64,000 nt of DNA from Chlorokybus atmophyticus (lineage: Eukaryota > Plantae > Mesostigma and Chlorokybus algae): assembly GCA_009103225.1 (NCBI GenBank), contig RHPI01002262.1, positions 1,060,955 to 1,124,954 on the forward strand, read 5' to 3'. How positions within the stretch are numbered: position 1 is the first letter of the stretch; every line of letters starts with the position of its first letter. The notes beneath the pieces are model-generated. The model saw nothing but the letters and a program-made list of their open reading frames with translations, was not told where the DNA came from and did no database searches. Shown piece after piece: positions 61,428 through 64,000 of the stretch. Position numbers and translations under genes: made by a program.

Positions 61428-64000
61428 TAGCGTTCTCCAAGAACCTGACATGGTACGTACCGCGCGTCGTAACTTGCGTTGCTTTGCAGCGACAGTATGC
61501 TGCGATCTGATACACGTCAGCAGAGAATGTACGAACTGTACTTATCCTCTAATGAAACCCTAGTCACTGTGGGTCGCACTGAGGCACTGCTTGTGTTGTT
61601 CTTGAATGTTAGCGGCAAGCAACTGGAGCTGGAGGCGGCGCCGGAGGCGGCGGTGCTGAGGGTATGCCCACCAAGTGCTTACGTATGGTGGTGTTGAAGC
61701 TTCATTGCATTCAAGCTTCAAGCACTATTTGTTGTTTGCTGTTCGGTCTGTAGTCTTAGCTTTAGCATTGGTACAACAGCTGGTACAGCAGCTAGTGCTG
61801 GTGGAAGCGGCTCTTGCTGCCGGTGCTGCTGCCGTTGGTGCACTGTTATGTATTTTTTTGTGTTTATGGTTGTGTTTTTGGTTATGTTTGTGTTTGCGCG
61901 TGTTGCTGCTGCGTTTCCGCACAACAGCACAGTTCCAGCAGCAGCCACGGCAGTATAGAAGGCTGCTGTTCATGTTAAACAGCAGGCACGACTGGGTTGA
62001 TTGCGTGCTTTCACTTGCTTCTTTTGCTTGCGCATGAATCGCTAATCATGAGCGCGCAATCAATCTAGCTGGGTTGACTCAACCCAGCTAAATTGGTACG
62101 AGCGCGCAATCGGATTGGGCGCTCGTACTTTGTCAGTTTGCATGCTGGCTTGCTATTGCTTGCCTCTTTACTTGCCCGCCTGTTTGTGCGTGCATGCTTG
62201 CGTGCATGCCTGCTTTTGCTTTCTAACTTAAGCAGCTGACTGAAGTTGTGATGTGAACCTCATGCAGAGCCTATTTAGCATTTGTGCATCCCGCTTTGGG
62301 ACATGCCGAATGCAAATTGCTGTCGCGGCTGCCCGAAGCCGCTGGCAGTCAACTTCGTTGCGCAGGGCGTTGAAAAGGGGGGATGCCTCGTGCCCTGCCT
62401 TGCGGGAGTTTTCAAAGGTGTGTCTTGTTATGTACACCTGCCAAGCCCAGGAGCATGCACGCTAACACTGTCGCTTGCAGTGCTTCCGTGATCTTAGTGT
62501 ACATGATGAGGACGGAGCACTTCGCTTTTGCTTGTGAGCCTGTGATTACCATATTGGTGTCAGCAATGCAGCTGATGATGTTGTAGCTTTGGCTTCAAGT
62601 GACGTGATAATGTGGATCAGATGCATTGGTTACAATGCGGCTGCGGCATTCTTGGGCCCGACCCAACCCTGGCTTCTGCAAGCAGGTATGAATGTTGTTT
62701 GCACAGACTTCACAACGCCTTTGCACTCTGCCAGATGCTACTATAGTATGCATGCTACCAGCCAGCAGTGAGCCCATGCAAATGGTGAACAGCAGGTGAG
62801 CAAACTTGAAGGGAAGGGCGAGGGGGAGGATACGTGGTTGCATACGCACGCGCATGTGCAAGCGCATGCAGTTCACAGGCTGTTCAGTGCAGCCTTTGAG
62901 GCGGTTGCTATGAACATTGCAGTCTATGAGCCCGCCTCATAGGCACTGTTCAGTGCAGCCTGTGAGGCGGTTGCTGCAGTCCCGCTCAGTGTGTATGTGT
63001 GTGCGCGTGCGCACGCACGTGTGTGTGTGTGTCAAAAGACGTACTCAACCATTGCAACACATACAAGCATGCCCGCACGCGCATGTGAATGCGCACACGT
63101 GCATGCGCTTACGCTTATGCGCAGGTACGCGGACTGTCTCCCAAGCTGGCAGTCAGCAACTGCTTGGGAAGAGAACAGAGAACAAGTTGGTAGTGCACGG
63201 CTTTGCGTATATAGGCACTACCTTGCCCCAGCTGTGTGCACTCTCCACCATCTCTTAAGGTGCGATGAGTGTGTGTGCGCATGCGCATGAGTAAGCGCTT
63301 GCGTGCATGCGCGTGTGCGTGTGTGGATTGATGAGACAATGCTCGTGTGTGAATGTGCACGCACAAGCTTACAATTGGGCTCATAGACGGCACTGTCCAC
63401 ACATGCATTCTCTTTGGCACGCACGCACGCGTTGGGTTATAGACCGCACTATTTAGTGCAGCCTATGAGGCTGCCTCATAGGCCAAACTGACCAGTGCGG
63501 CCTATGAGCCAGCGATGCCAGGTTATGGATTCCAAAAGTCAAAGGCGGCTACATGTGAGCACGTGTATACGTGTGCATGAGGTCCACCCCACAATGCTTG
63601 CATGCACGCGCGCATGCGTGTGCATGTATGTTGTATGCACACCAACTCACGGTGTGCACGTGCGCTACCACACACATATGCGTGCGGCTGTGCTAGGCGT
63701 GTGTAGGCGTGACTGTGCGCATTCACGCACAATGTGCACGCGTCTGAAACAGTCACTGCACAGGTGATTCGGGACGTCGTTGTTGGTGGGGAGCCCGATG
63801 CTGCTCTCTTCTAGAAGCTCTCTTTAAAAGCGCCCGGTCCGAGAGCGGGGGGCGCTGCAATGGATGCATGAATGCATTTGCTGGACCTCAAGGTGAGCGG
63901 AGGGGTAAGAGGAGGAACGCGGGGGAAGGGTGGGAGAATTTGGACGAAGAGATATGGGGGAAGAATGCTGGTGGTCCTTCTGATGAGCAGCTGCAGCATG

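Noticed and set aside
61479-63999. Low-complexity ORFs at the right end
   Set aside because: No recognisable domain or consistent splice model.

Overview
Eukaryotic nuclear DNA with short GT-AG introns. The GCP6 fragment reads as green-plant-like, so a green or streptophyte alga is my inference. Two apparently intact host genes sit at the left: the 3' part of a gamma-tubulin complex GCP6 gene (1-2255) and a 9-exon secreted protein with three lectin-like domains and a glucose/sorbosone-dehydrogenase-type propeller (6883-12013). From about 15 kb onward the window is a nest of decaying transposons. The most striking part (about 15.9-38.3 kb) is a Plavaka (CACTA-like) transposase surrounded by intron-containing cargo genes. 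These include a Cys-rich + Tudor + bacterial/phage-type C5 DNA methyltransferase fusion and an OTU-like protease...RING gene. GTAC-motif arrays lie upstream of these genes, one containing an 80-bp perfect palindrome. The window also holds a young Copia (CTCCA TSD, (TTAGGG)10 in its leader), a CACAC-TIR element that splits a Gypsy RNase H and contains an Academ-type transposase (XPG + Cys8) plus pogo elements, two Gypsy copies with integrase-PHD fusions, pogo MITEs and a 645-N gap. All domain calls are motif recognition by eye, not database results.
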